A DNA stretch of 59,198 nucleotides, the filler included, from Nitrospinae bacterium RIFCSPLOWO2_12_FULL_45_22 (GTDB lineage: Bacteria; 2-12-FULL-45-22): the NCBI GenBank assembly GCA_001803565.1. It is 5 parts of 5 records of this genome, joined end to end, with 100 filler letters (N's around TTAATTAATTAA, not from the genome) between each part and the next. Parts side by side here need not be neighbours in the genome. Positions count along the whole stretch, not along the records: positions 38,223 to 51,155 come from MHDQ01000069.1; positions 51,256 to 59,198 come from MHDQ01000070.1; 3 more parts are not named here. One strand, written 5' to 3'. The notes below the pieces were generated by a model, which did not search any database, was not told the DNA's origin, and worked only from the letters and a program-made list of their open reading frames with translations. The translations under genes and the position numbers were made by a program. Each line of letters begins with the position of its first letter. Within the stretch, counting starts at the first letter, position 1. Shown one piece after another: positions 47,427 through 57,834 of this stretch.

Positions 47427-49370
47427 TTAAATCCCCGAGGCTACCCGAATACCGCTTTCCATGGCCTCTGCTATCTTTTGCGGTTTAAGTTGGTCTCCAA
47501 TAGTGTAGACCTCTGCCCCGATACCTGTCAAGTACTTCCCTAACTCCCCCTCGGGTTTCATACCCGCAGCAATTACAATATTATTTCCTTTAAAAAATTC
47601 CACTTCTCCATTTCGCTTTCCGTTAACACCATTTTCCGTTATCTCAATTATATTTACCTTAGTCTCCATCCTAACTCCAGCTTTTCCCAGCCTTTGCAAT
47701 AGTTCCCACCTGACAGCCTTAGGTATATCACTTGCCAAGCGCTCCAGCATCTCTAAAATAGTTACTTTCTTGCCCCTTTGGGCCAAATACTCAGCAGTCT
47801 CACAGCCCACCATGCCTCCCCCGATAATAACCACCTCTTCGCCCACTTCCTTACGTCCGGTTAAGACCTCCAAAGCGGTAATGACATTCTTTCCTTCCGC
47901 TCCCGGGATGGAAGGAATTAAGGGACTGGCACCAGTCGCTACGATTACGGCATCGGCCATAATACTTTTTATCGCTTGAGGGGTAATTTCCTCTCCCAGC
48001 CTTACCTCCACCCCACTTTTCTCTACCTGGTGGTTCAGGTAATCCCTGAATTTACTAATCTCGTCCTTGTATGGTGGAATGGCTGCTATAATGAGTTGCC
48101 CCCCTAACTGGGAACCTTTTTCGCAAAGGGTGACCCGGTGTCCCCTTAGCGCTGCTACAGAAGCCGCCTCCATCCCAGCGGGACCGCCTCCAATAATCGC
48201 AATTTTCTTAGGCTTTGCGGATGGCTTGATATCATACTGGCCTTCTCTTCCTGCTCGAGCATTAACACTACATATTACCCCGGTATCCACTGTCTCAAAG
48301 CAGCGGCAACAGCAGATACATGGTCGAATATCATCAAAACGGCCTTTTTTGGCCTTAATCGGAAGATCGGGATCAGCTATTAGCGCACGGGCTAGTGAAA
48401 CCAAGTCCGCTCTTCCTTGAGAGATGATTTGTTCTGCTAGAATCGGATCGGTAATCCTACCATTGGCTGCTACCGGAATATTGACCGCCTGCTTGATTTC
48501 TTCAGCAAAAAAGATTTTAGCCCCTGGTGGAACCGAGCTTGTCAAAGAAGCAACGGAAGCCTCGTGCCATCCTCCCCCTATCACATCAATGGCACAGATA
48601 CCCGCCTTTTCTAACATAGAGGCAATCAATTTACTATCCTCTAAAGTATAGCCACCCTCAATAAGCTGGGCCCCTGAAATTCGGCACATAAGGGGATAGT
48701 CCTCGCCAACACTTTTTTTACAACTTTCTATAATCTCCAGTAGAAATCGCATCCTATTTTCAAAAGAACCGCCATACTGATCAGTTCGTTTATTTGTCAG
48801 GGGAGATATGAACCGACTGACCATATATCCGGTTGAGGCTATAAATTCAACAGCATCAAGGCCAGCCTCCTTTGCCCGGTGGGCCGCTTCTCCATAGGTA
48901 GTCATTATACTCTTAATTTCATCAATAGTTAGTGCCCTTTCTACTGCATGCCTCTGGTCCAAGGGACCTCCTAGCCTAAAGGGGGTACCGGGGCGTTTGG
49001 AAAGAGAAGTACCCGAAGGGCCCACCAGCTCCACAGGGCCATCGCTAAATGACCAGTAATAGCCCGCACCAAACTGGGCAAAGATCTTTGCCCCATAGTT
49101 ATGAACGACCTCGACTATCTCCTTGAGGCCAGGGATAAATTTGTCATCATATATACCCGGGAAGGGGCCCTGTTCTAATCTGGTAAGACCAAAAGACAAA
49201 CCAATAAAACCTACTCCACCCTTTGCCCGTTCGGCATAAAAATTTTTCAAGCGATCAGTTACCATATCATCAACGGCATAACTGAGGGCTAAGGGCGGGA
49301 ACTTTATCCTATTTGGCAACTCTATTGTTCCAATTCTAATGGGTTCAAATAACTTTTTTATCTGCTCCAT
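47427..49370 (-). CDS. NADH:flavin oxidoreductase (OYE family, FadH/dienoyl-CoA reductase-like, Fe-S + FAD)
   Basis: LFEPI.IG...NRI, ERAKGG, FISPLTNKRTDQYGGS, CICCCRC and GGGPAGMEAA; ATG 49370 with GGAGG RBS. Confidence 0.92.
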   Translation of the reverse strand: MEQIKKLFEPIRIGTIELPNRIKFPPLALSYAVDDMVTDRLKNFYAERAKGGVGFIGLSFGLTRLEQGPFPGIYDDKFIPGLKEIVEVVHNYGAKIFAQFGAGYYWSFSDGPVELVGPSGTSLSKRPGTPFRLGGPLDQRHAVERALTIDEIKSIMTTYGEAAHRAKEAGLDAVEFIASTGYMVSRFISPLTNKRTDQYGGSFENRMRFLLEIIESCKKSVGEDYPLMCRISGAQLIEGGYTLEDSKLIASMLEKAGICAIDVIGGGWHEASVASLTSSVPPGAKIFFAEEIKQAVNIPVAANGRITDPILAEQIISQGRADLVSLARALIADPDLPIKAKKGRFDDIRPCICCCRCFETVDTGVICSVNARAGREGQYDIKPSAKPKKIAIIGGGPAGMEAASVAALRGHRVTLCEKGSQLGGQLIIAAIPPYKDEISKFRDYLNHQVEKSGVEVRLGEEITPQAIKSIMADAVIVATGASPLIPSIPGAEGKNVITALEVLTGRKEVGEEVVIIGGGMVGCETAEYLAQRGKKVTILEMLERLASDIPKAVRWELLQRLGKAGVRMETKVNIIEITENGVNGKRNGEVEFFKGNNIVIAAGMKPEGELGKYLTGIGAEVYTIGDQLKPQKIAEAMESGIRVASGI

Positions 49371-49380
49371 AAGTTCCTCC

Positions 49381-50670
49381 TCAATTCTTATTCCCTCCCG
49401 GGGTAAGGGCGAGAACGGCAAGAAATTCCTCTAAGGCTTCTTTCAGGGCTTTTTCAGTAGCCGATGAAGGGTCCAGCATGTCTAGATCAAAAGTAAGGGT
49501 AGGTATCCCTACCTTCTCTTTTAAGGTATCCTTCATTATCTTTGCTACCGCACCGCCCATCCTACACTTTGAATTAAACCAGTTAACAGCCCCATTTGCC
49601 TTGCTCTCTAGGGCGTCATTTACCGCCATATCCAAGGATTCGGATAACTTTCCGTACCAGCGGTAGTAAGGTTCATGATAGTATTTACGCGCCAGGCTCT
49701 CCAGGGGCTTTGAGGGATCAGGAATCCACTCCTCCCACCTAAAATAATAAGGTTCTGAAACAATGGCCGCACAACGTTCATTCTCTAGCCAATCCAATAC
49801 CTTCATCTGATGCTGAGGAGGGGTAAACAGGCTTATGAGGCGAAACTTTTCTTCAGTCGCAACCCCCTTCTTTTGATCTACCAACTCTTTCAGCTCATCC
49901 CTAAAGGTTTCAAAGTAATTGATGCCTTCCTGTCTCCCCGCATAGAGCCAATAAAGCCAGTGGGCCTGAGTAGCTGCCCTGGCCCGCATAGGACACGGGG
50001 TAGCCATCCCCAGGGCATGGATTTCTCGTATTAACTTCACCTGCTCCATGGATAATTTGTTCGCTTCGTTAAGCTTATCATAATCTAACTTCCGTTTCGT
50101 ATGTTCTTCCAGAAAATAAACCAGGTCCTCTAATTCTCCAGTCATATATTCTACCCCCCGGTCATACCACCAATAGTAGGGACGGTCAACAAAAAAGGTA
50201 GGTATATCATAAAGCTCACCCAGGAGATGCCCATTTTTGCTCACATTATCGCACAGGGATAAATTGGTATATATAAGAGCAGCCGGGCGGGGGAACCACC
50301 CCTTGGAAAAAAAGCCGATGGGAAGCAACTGAGCAGAGCAAATCTCCGGCTTTATGCCTAGCTTCGATGCAGCATCAGTGCCTTCTTCATGGGCCTTTAA
50401 AACGGATGCTATAGCGCCAGCGGCCATATCGTATTCCATAGCGACAATACCCATGGCCTCAAAGATCTCATTAGGTATCCCCATGCTATAATAAATGAAG
50501 GGCTTCCCTGCGTCCTCGGCCGCCAGTATCTCCCGGAAATGCTTTGCCATTAGTTCATAATAAAGCTCTTCGCTTCGGGTGGTTGGGTTTCTTTTTCTAT
50601 GTTCGTGGATCTTTTCCAAAATAGTGGCTGCTTGGTTAAATTTACTCAAATCTATAGTATCTACTTTCAC
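49381..50670 (-). CDS. 2-hydroxyacyl-CoA dehydratase / class I benzoyl-CoA reductase family subunit
   Basis: EICS, CD..SK, L.E.T.RKLD.DKL, PCP, P.KPLESLA, CR and GIPTL.FD.D. Confidence 0.85.
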   Translation of the reverse strand: MKVDTIDLSKFNQAATILEKIHEHRKRNPTTRSEELYYELMAKHFREILAAEDAGKPFIYYSMGIPNEIFEAMGIVAMEYDMAAGAIASVLKAHEEGTDAASKLGIKPEICSAQLLPIGFFSKGWFPRPAALIYTNLSLCDNVSKNGHLLGELYDIPTFFVDRPYYWWYDRGVEYMTGELEDLVYFLEEHTKRKLDYDKLNEANKLSMEQVKLIREIHALGMATPCPMRARAATQAHWLYWLYAGRQEGINYFETFRDELKELVDQKKGVATEEKFRLISLFTPPQHQMKVLDWLENERCAAIVSEPYYFRWEEWIPDPSKPLESLARKYYHEPYYRWYGKLSESLDMAVNDALESKANGAVNWFNSKCRMGGAVAKIMKDTLKEKVGIPTLTFDLDMLDPSSATEKALKEALEEFLAVLALTPGGNKN

Positions 50671-50679
50671 ATTCCCTCC

Positions 50680-51096
50680 TTACATTTCAATAAATTTCTC
50701 TAAAAAGGCCTCTACCCGGGTTCTTATCTGTCCACTAAAGCCTTCTCCATATTCTAAATCCAGTTCTATAACTGGCACGCCATTTTCCTTCAACTTTTCG
50801 GCCAGCAGAGGCTGATCATGGGCAATAGGGGCACAATTCCGTATTACCTGATTGATTACCCCTTTGACCCTATATTCTTTTGCTAACCCTACAACCTGAT
50901 TGATTCTATCAGTCGGGGGCACCATACGGGCGCAGGGGAATCCATTTAGATAACGTTTAGAGATCGCTTCCAGGGGATCAGTGTCTATACTGGTATCCAC
51001 GGGGTTCCAACAGTATCTAGCCCCGGTACATAACTCATCTACTACCACAATGGCACCCAGGTCTTCTATCCCTTTTATAAATTCATAATTTTGCAT
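50680..51096 (-). CDS. 2-hydroxyacyl-CoA dehydratase / benzoyl-CoA reductase subunit, C-terminal part only
   Basis: VVDELCTG.R, PLEAI..RY, PCAR and GQIRTRVEAF.E. The 5' part is replaced by unrelated sequence near the contig end. Confidence 0.82.
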   Translation of the reverse strand: MQNYEFIKGIEDLGAIVVVDELCTGARYCWNPVDTSIDTDPLEAISKRYLNGFPCARMVPPTDRINQVVGLAKEYRVKGVINQVIRNCAPIAHDQPLLAEKLKENGVPVIELDLEYGEGFSGQIRTRVEAFLEKFIEM

Positions 51097-51155
51097 ATGC
51101 ACTTGTCTCCGGCAAATATCTTACAAAAACAACGTAACCTAGTAAAAATACTGCA

Positions 51156-51255
51156 NNNNNNNNNNNNNNNNNNNNNNNNNNNNNNNNNNNNNNNNNNNNT
51201 TAATTAATTAANNNNNNNNNNNNNNNNNNNNNNNNNNNNNNNNNNNNNNNNNNNN
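51156..51255. other. Artificial contig linker
   Basis: N-run, TTAATTAATTAA, N-run. Confidence 0.98.
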
Positions 51256-52243
51256 AACCTTCCAGGCATCTTGTGGGCAAAAGGAATAGGTCAGCAGCCT
51301 GATAGTATTGAGGGAGCTTCGCTTCCGGTATGAACCCTTCGAAACGTATATATGGTTCTAGCCCTAACTGAAAAGTCAAGGATTGTAATTCCGTTTCCAA
51401 AGAACCGGCCCCGCCGATAACTAAATAGACATCTTGCCTTTTAGCAACCACCATTGCCATAGCCTTTACCAGGTTATCCAGTCCCATTCGAGGTCCCAGA
51501 TTTCGTACTGTTAACAGCAAAAAGCCCTCTTCAGGCACTCCTAGCTCTCGCTTGACAATTTTCCTCCTTTGGTCTGGTAAGGGGATGAATCGTTCAGTAT
51601 CAACCCCACCTGGGATAAGGGAAATCTTGGAGGCAGGAACCCGATGATATTTTATGAGTTGTTCCTTAGAGAAGTCACTTAAGACAATTATCTGGTTAGC
51701 TGCTTTGAGACAAACCTTTTCGATTATCCGCCTTAGTCCTATATTGAGTTGAATCCAAAACAAGGATAGGGTCTTTTTAAAGAAACCCATACTATTCTCG
51801 TCTTTGGTTATCCTAATCTCATATTCTTGAAACCAGAGGGAGTGAAAGGTATAGACCCTGGGGATATTCCAACTCTTATAGACAGTAAGTACACCCATTG
51901 CCGAGAGGGGTTGATGAAAATTTATGATATCAAAAGTGTTATCTCTAAGGAGATATTTAAATTTCCTTCGACACCTCCACAGGAATGAGACAAAAAAGAG
52001 GGCTGTAGAGTTCGATACCCCACGGAAACAGTGGAGCACTCCCCCGCCTATCCTATTTGGGACATTCTCTTCCTTCTCTTCAGTTTTAGTCAAACAATGT
52101 ACCGCATGACCCTCCCTGGCCAGCCGGCTCATATGTTCGTAAAGTACCCTCTCCGCACCCCCAATCACCTGAGTAGGTGATACATCAGCCACCAATAAGA
52201 CTCTTAACCTCTTCCCACTTTGTGTCTCTCTTCCTTTGTCCAC
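51256..52243 (-). CDS. GT4 family glycosyltransferase (3' truncated)
   Basis: GGAER, IPGGVD..RF and YQAADLF..P...EG. Confidence 0.9.
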
Positions 52244-52286
52244 CTGTCCCTCCGGGTTGTAGCTTTAGGTCGTTTCCGCATCCCCT

Positions 52287-54209
52287 TCAGTCCATATAGA
52301 TCTGATGCCACAGCTCCAGTGAAATGAGGGCGTAGATCTGATCAGTGAAGTTTTGCCTCCCATCATAGTGTTGATCCAATACCCATCTGATAAAATCGGG
52401 TCGGAAATACCCCCTCTTCTTTATTCTCTCTTCAGATAGTAAATCCAGGGTAAAACCTTTAAGCTCATTTTGGAACCACTTTGCTAAGGGCACCATAAAT
52501 CCCTGCTTCTTACGCTGCAAAATATCTTCTGGGAGAAATCCCTTCAATGCCTTTTTAAATAGAGATTTAAGTTTTAACCCTTTAAATTTGAGCTCAGCCG
52601 GTATGGTAGCAGCAAACTCTATTAACTTATGATCACAGAATGGAACCCTGAGTTCTAGTGAGTGGGCCATGCTCATCTTATCTCCCATCATCAGTAGGTC
52701 ATCCGCCAGGTAGGTCTTTATGTCCAGGTAAAATATCTTGTCTAAGATATTCTCGAGGTTATTCTCGGAATAAAATGCCTTATGGACTTCATAGACAGGA
52801 AAATCTTTGGTCTGGGCTAAAAAGTCCTCCGTGAATAACTGTGTCTTCTGACGATCGGTCAAAAAAGAGACCCAACTAATGTACCTCTCATCCACAGGAA
52901 GGAGACCACCTCTGATAAACCTCTTTATCCAACCCGGGATATTACGGCTTGTGCTCGATTCAGGAATCACTTCAACACCCCTGGCTAATGACCTCCTTAG
53001 CCAGAATGGAAGTTTCGCATATTGTCTGGATACCCGGGCACCCAAATATCTGGGATAGCCCCCAAATACCTCATCCCCCCCAATACCGGTCAGAGCCACA
53101 GTCACATACTTTCGGGCCGCCTCTGAAACCAGATAGGTAGGAATAGCAGAAGAGTCAGCAAAAGGCTCATCCAGATGCCAGACAATATTCGGCAATACTT
53201 CTATTATGCTGGGGTTAAGAATAAATTCCTGATGTTCTGTGCCAAAGTACTTAGAGACCTCCTTGCTATATTCTAACTCGTTGTAAGACTTTCCTTCTCT
53301 CCCCTCATACCCAATAGAAAAAGTCTTGACCGGATTGGAGGAAAGCTTGCTCATCATACCTGCCACAGTGCTGGAATCTATCCCCCCACTGAGAAATACC
53401 CCCAACGGAACATCGCTTATCATATGGCTCTCCACAATCTCCTGGAGGATTTCCATTATCTGCCGTTTATAATACTCTTCAGCCTCAGCCGGGGTTGCCT
53501 GACTACTGGAAACTTGTAATGGAGGGCTAAAGACTAAGTCCCAATATCTTTTAACCTCCACCCTCCCCTTCTCCATAGTAAGGATATGGGCAGGGGGTAG
53601 TTTCCTTATCCCCTTAAATATGGTAAAGGGACACGGGATATATAAGAAAGTCATGAAATAAAGGAGGGCCTGGTAATCAACCTCCCTCTCAACCCCGTCA
53701 TATTCTAAGATAGCCTTTATTTCCGAAGCAAAGACAAACCTTCCATTGTCTTCCAAATAGTACAATGGCTTAATGCCCAATCTATCCCGGGCCAGAAACA
53801 GTCTCTCCTTTGCCTTGTCCCAGATAGCGAAGGCAAACATACCATTCAGCTCATTTACACAGTCATCACCCATCTCTTCATATAGATGCAAGATTGTTTC
53901 TGTGTCTGAATTTGATTTAAACTTATGCCCTTGAGCTTTGAGCTTTGAGCTTAAGGCTTTATAGTTATAGATCTCGCCATTATACGTTATCCAAATACTC
54001 TCATCCTCATTGGACATAGGCTGATGTCCAGCAAGAGAAAGATCAATAATACTCAACCTCGTATGCCCCAGAGAAACTTTCAACTTTGATCTTTCACCTT
54101 TGAACACAACACAGCCGCTATCATCCGGCCCTCGGTGACGCAATACATTGAGCATCTTCGAGAGTACCGTATCATCCAGATTTCCTATAAAGCCACAGAT
54201 TCCACACAT
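52287..54209 (-). CDS. asnB: Asparagine synthase (glutamine-hydrolysing) family amidotransferase
   Basis: MCGICG, HRGPD, NGEIYN, RDRLGIKPLYY, LSGGIDS and GGDEVFGGY. Confidence 0.95.
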   Translation of the reverse strand: MCGICGFIGNLDDTVLSKMLNVLRHRGPDDSGCVVFKGERSKLKVSLGHTRLSIIDLSLAGHQPMSNEDESIWITYNGEIYNYKALSSKLKAQGHKFKSNSDTETILHLYEEMGDDCVNELNGMFAFAIWDKAKERLFLARDRLGIKPLYYLEDNGRFVFASEIKAILEYDGVEREVDYQALLYFMTFLYIPCPFTIFKGIRKLPPAHILTMEKGRVEVKRYWDLVFSPPLQVSSSQATPAEAEEYYKRQIMEILQEIVESHMISDVPLGVFLSGGIDSSTVAGMMSKLSSNPVKTFSIGYEGREGKSYNELEYSKEVSKYFGTEHQEFILNPSIIEVLPNIVWHLDEPFADSSAIPTYLVSEAARKYVTVALTGIGGDEVFGGYPRYLGARVSRQYAKLPFWLRRSLARGVEVIPESSTSRNIPGWIKRFIRGGLLPVDERYISWVSFLTDRQKTQLFTEDFLAQTKDFPVYEVHKAFYSENNLENILDKIFYLDIKTYLADDLLMMGDKMSMAHSLELRVPFCDHKLIEFAATIPAELKFKGLKLKSLFKKALKGFLPEDILQRKKQGFMVPLAKWFQNELKGFTLDLLSEERIKKRGYFRPDFIRWVLDQHYDGRQNFTDQIYALISLELWHQIYMD

Positions 54210-54260
54210 TAGATCAATCGCACAAGCATGTCGGGAAAGGTGTCGGATTCTTCCTTATCC

Positions 54261-55403
54261 TTAGGATAATTGTAAGAGTTCTTGATAAACTCCTTCTACC
54301 TTTCCTACCATAGTGTTAACACTAAACCTTTCCTCTACCACTCTTCTAGCTGTCAGACCCATCTGGCGGGCCTTATCTCTATGTGTAAGCGAATCAATTA
54401 TAGCTTCTGATAAGGCCCTCGGCTCTTTAGGCAACACTAGCAGACCCGTTTTTCCATTATCCAATAGCTCTGAAATACCATCAATATCGCTGGCTACTAT
54501 GGGTTTTCTCATTGCCATTGCTTCTAAAAGAACCATAGGCAATCCTTCCAACAATGACGGCATAGCTAAAAGGTCTATTGAGGCCAAAATTTCCTTAATG
54601 TCCCTCCTGAATCCAGTAAATATTATGTTGTCTCTGACCTTTAATCTTTCACTTTTAACTGCTAAGCTCTCTTTTAATGGTCCCTCTCCAACAATTAAAA
54701 ACTTTGTCTCGGGTAATTTCTTTGTAATCAGTGGAACTGCCTCTATTAAGTATTCAAAGCCCTTCTGCCAGACCAGCCTCCCAATCGCCCCAATAACCGG
54801 CACACCATCTCCCAAACCAAATTCTTTCCTGACCCCTGACCCTTGACCCCTAATTCCCTCACCCTCTATATTATATTCATCAATCTCTATCCCATTATAG
54901 ATCTTAACTACCTTTTCCGGATCAATCCTATGTTTCTGTATTAGGGTCTGTCGCAAGGGCTCTGATACCACCATGAATCGGTCAACAAAGCGTTCTGAGA
55001 AACGGTCTAAGACTATATATATCAATCTTCTCATTAGCTTCACATCATACCCTTCAACGGGCATGGCAATAGTCGAAACAACAATAGGAACCCTGGCCCA
55101 CCTGGCAGCCATTCGGGCAAAAAAATCTGCCCGCCCGCCCTGGCTGTGGACAATATCTATCTTCTCCCTTTTCATCAAACCAGCCAGCCGCAAAATAATT
55201 CTCAGATTAAATCTATTTCTCATATCTACCGGCTCAAGCTGGGCGCCACTTCCTTTAATCTCCTCCTCAAATATCCCTCCCGGCAGACAGGCCACTAGAA
55301 TCCTATATCTATCCCTCGGTAACCTACTGATTAGTTGAGTAAAGACCCTCTCCCCACCACCAAATTCTATATTGTCAATCACATAGAGGACCCCATACCT
55401 CAT
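54261..55403 (-). CDS. GT4 family glycosyltransferase
   Basis: GGGER, GRL..QKG and EGLPMVLLEAMA. Confidence 0.93.
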   Translation of the reverse strand: MRYGVLYVIDNIEFGGGERVFTQLISRLPRDRYRILVACLPGGIFEEEIKGSGAQLEPVDMRNRFNLRIILRLAGLMKREKIDIVHSQGGRADFFARMAARWARVPIVVSTIAMPVEGYDVKLMRRLIYIVLDRFSERFVDRFMVVSEPLRQTLIQKHRIDPEKVVKIYNGIEIDEYNIEGEGIRGQGSGVRKEFGLGDGVPVIGAIGRLVWQKGFEYLIEAVPLITKKLPETKFLIVGEGPLKESLAVKSERLKVRDNIIFTGFRRDIKEILASIDLLAMPSLLEGLPMVLLEAMAMRKPIVASDIDGISELLDNGKTGLLVLPKEPRALSEAIIDSLTHRDKARQMGLTARRVVEERFSVNTMVGKVEGVYQELLQLS

Positions 55404-55437
55404 AACTCATTTCCCCCGCCTTACCTACTTTATGAAC

Positions 55438-55641
55438 CTAAGCCGGTTTGTTAGCAAAGACTTCTATTGAGGGTCCGCAGAGGAGTCTCCTTCTGGAGAG
55501 ATAATATATCGCCTCACAAATAATAAAGAAACTACTCTTTATAAATGTCAACGGTCTACCCCCCAGCAATGGGAATTCCGCAGATACCGCACATTCAAAT
55601 CCACCCCTCAAGCAAACCATACAAAACCAAACCTCAGTCAA
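55438..55641 (-). pseudogene. Probable 3' gene fragment
   Basis: Short ORF between the methyltransferase and the glycosyltransferase, with no recognisable complete domain. Confidence 0.35.
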
Positions 55642-56489
55642 TTTTTTTTACCAATAATTAAAATGTCTCCCCGCAAGTGAGGTATGAGTTCAAATGGAGC
55701 TTTTGCTAAGTCAATCAATTTTTGTTTGATATCCTTATATACAAATTCTGTATGATCGCTAAAAAATGTTGCATCTATGACTTCGAATCCTCTCTCACCT
55801 AATAAATGGTTTAGCTCATCCATTGAATATTCCCTGAAATGTGGACGCCACTCATCCTCGGGATTGGAATAACCAACTAGCATAAGGCGATCATAATTCG
55901 ACCTGCCAATAAGTAATTTAAAAACTGAACCAATCCGTGAAACATTAGGCGTAGTAATAATAATGACACCTGATGATTTCAAAAGACGATGTGCCTCAGA
56001 AAGTAGATGATTTGGATTAGTTAAATGTTCAACAATTTCAGTAGCAAAAATCATATCAACACTATTATCTTCAAAAAGTATCCTACTAGTATAAGGTTTT
56101 CCTTTCAAATCAGGGTTATCAGGGTCAAGATTTACTGTTTTAATTGTCGCTTTATATCTCTTTTCCATAAGAGTTGTAAATTCTGATGTTATAGATAATC
56201 CTACTCCCCAAAAAACGGGGTGAAGGTCATACCGACGGAGTAAATCAGATAATATACAGAGTAAAGTCCCGGGGTAAACGCCAATATCAAGAATTACGGG
56301 ATGAGCCGAATGAAGATATTTCAATGCAAATCGTAAGGTATGGTAAAACCTTACTCTATTAAAAAGTGCATAGTGCATCGGCTTTTTCTTCAGTTTTCTC
56401 CAAGTATGATCCTCCATGAACTGATTAGGTAACGGTTCCCATTGCTCTATGTATTTATAAAAATGTTTCCTTTTTAATTTTTTATACAT
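55638..56489 (-). CDS. Class I SAM-dependent methyltransferase
   Basis: ILDIG..PG, F.DNSVD, EIVEHL, TTPN and HFREYS. Confidence 0.88.
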   Translation of the reverse strand: MYKKLKRKHFYKYIEQWEPLPNQFMEDHTWRKLKKKPMHYALFNRVRFYHTLRFALKYLHSAHPVILDIGVYPGTLLCILSDLLRRYDLHPVFWGVGLSITSEFTTLMEKRYKATIKTVNLDPDNPDLKGKPYTSRILFEDNSVDMIFATEIVEHLTNPNHLLSEAHRLLKSSGVIIITTPNVSRIGSVFKLLIGRSNYDRLMLVGYSNPEDEWRPHFREYSMDELNHLLGERGFEVIDATFFSDHTEFVYKDIKQKLIDLAKAPFELIPHLRGDILIIGKKN

Positions 56490-56689
56490 CTTTGCACCAG
56501 CTTAGGTCTGGCTCTGAAGCACAAGGAGATTTACATACCCTACCTCAAGGCAAAGAAGGCCGATATACGACTGTTTACATTTAAAATGTTCAGTAGCAAG
56601 GAAGTCTTTGTTTCCGCGGACAATAAAATAATTGTTGCTCGGGTCATTTTCAAAGGTATGTAAGTGGCGATGGTTGCCTCAAAGGTTGA

Positions 56690-56896
56690 TCATAACTCTT
56701 GTTTCCCTACCTTGCCGATAATTCCATGATAGATGGCTTTCAAAATTACCTTTATCTCTCCAGCATTTATCCCCTTATTTACCAGGAGAGAATCCAGAAT
56801 AATTTTGGGCAGCCAGAAGAAGGTATACAGAGTTAGAGAGGTTAGCTTCTGCAAAGTGGAAGCATTCTTTCTTATCAAAAGCAGCTTATTTCCATA
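56690..56896 (-). pseudogene. Diverged duplicate of the 3' end of the GT2 gene
   Basis: Ungapped 207-bp alignment to 58145-58351. Confidence 0.85.
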
Positions 56897-56920
56897 TTCG
56901 TATCATTTGTATTCAAGTCG

Positions 56921-57343
56921 TTAGATTTGGTTAAGGATACCCATAATCACATCACGATAGATCAGAAAGTCATCAAGATGCCTTTTCAATATGCCGATAA
57001 CAATGGATTCATCAACCTTGTCATAGCGATGAACCACAATATTTCTAAACTTTGCCATATCTTCCATCATTTTAAAGATGTCTTCTGCCAAAACACCCTC
57101 TTCATAAAGCACCCTGAAGGTATCAGCATAACTCTTGGGGACACGATATTCTTTATCCGCTATGATATGGTTAGCAATATCAACGCCTATCTCTACCATC
57201 ATCTGTAAGGTTCTTTCAACGATCCTCTGCGTTTTCCAATCCTTCTGGTAGTCTTTTATGGAGATATTCGAAAACTCTTTTACCTGTTTCAAATATTCCT
57301 CAAGTTCAGACAGCTTTCTGAGAATAAGGGCCTTATCTATCAA
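56921..57343 (-). CDS. hepT: HEPN toxin (DUF86)
   Basis: VERTLQ, DIANHII and the FRNIVVHRY (R-X4-H) motif. Confidence 0.92.
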   Translation of the reverse strand: MIDKALILRKLSELEEYLKQVKEFSNISIKDYQKDWKTQRIVERTLQMMVEIGVDIANHIIADKEYRVPKSYADTFRVLYEEGVLAEDIFKMMEDMAKFRNIVVHRYDKVDESIVIGILKRHLDDFLIYRDVIMGILNQI

Positions 57344-57758
57344 TAGAGTATCTCCTTTCGTATATTTCCATCTCTTTTACTGAAAAATCGAGATATTCTC
57401 TGAGGGTTAGGGATTCGAATTTATGTCTCACAAACGGGGCATTGTCCACTATAACCCTTTTCTTCTCCAATATCCTTGCCCTAAGAGGAAGAGATGCCGT
57501 GTTTAATATCACTAGGTCTATCTCATCGGTCCACAAAAGCTCCATGAGTCTCCCAAGTATCTCCATCTTTTCTTGAGCAACATCCCCACCTTCTGAAAGA
57601 TACACTGCAATATCTACATCGCTTAAAGGGCTGGGTTTCCCCTTAGCAAGACCCCCAAAGAGATAGGCAAAAAGCACCCTTGGGTGTGACGCCAGATAGA
57701 CCTTGGCCTTAGATATATGGTCTACAATATCTCCCGGAATCTTATGGGTTTTTATCAT
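57333..57758 (-). CDS. mntA: Minimal nucleotidyltransferase antitoxin
   Basis: AYLFGG.AKG....SDVDIAV and IDLV.LN; overlaps the HEPN gene. Confidence 0.9.
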   Translation of the reverse strand: MIKTHKIPGDIVDHISKAKVYLASHPRVLFAYLFGGLAKGKPSPLSDVDIAVYLSEGGDVAQEKMEILGRLMELLWTDEIDLVILNTASLPLRARILEKKRVIVDNAPFVRHKFESLTLREYLDFSVKEMEIYERRYSIDR

Positions 57759-57834
57759 TGGCAGAAACCTCTATTTGTTGATTGAAGCACTTATCCTTAT
57801 GCCTCTCAATCTCTCGATCGCATCTTCCACTCAT

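Noticed and set aside
12430-51255. Recurrent TTAATTAATTAA motif and apparent neighbourhoods across N-runs (e.g. fliD next to the helicase)
   Set aside because: These are artificial six-frame-stop linkers joining unrelated contigs.
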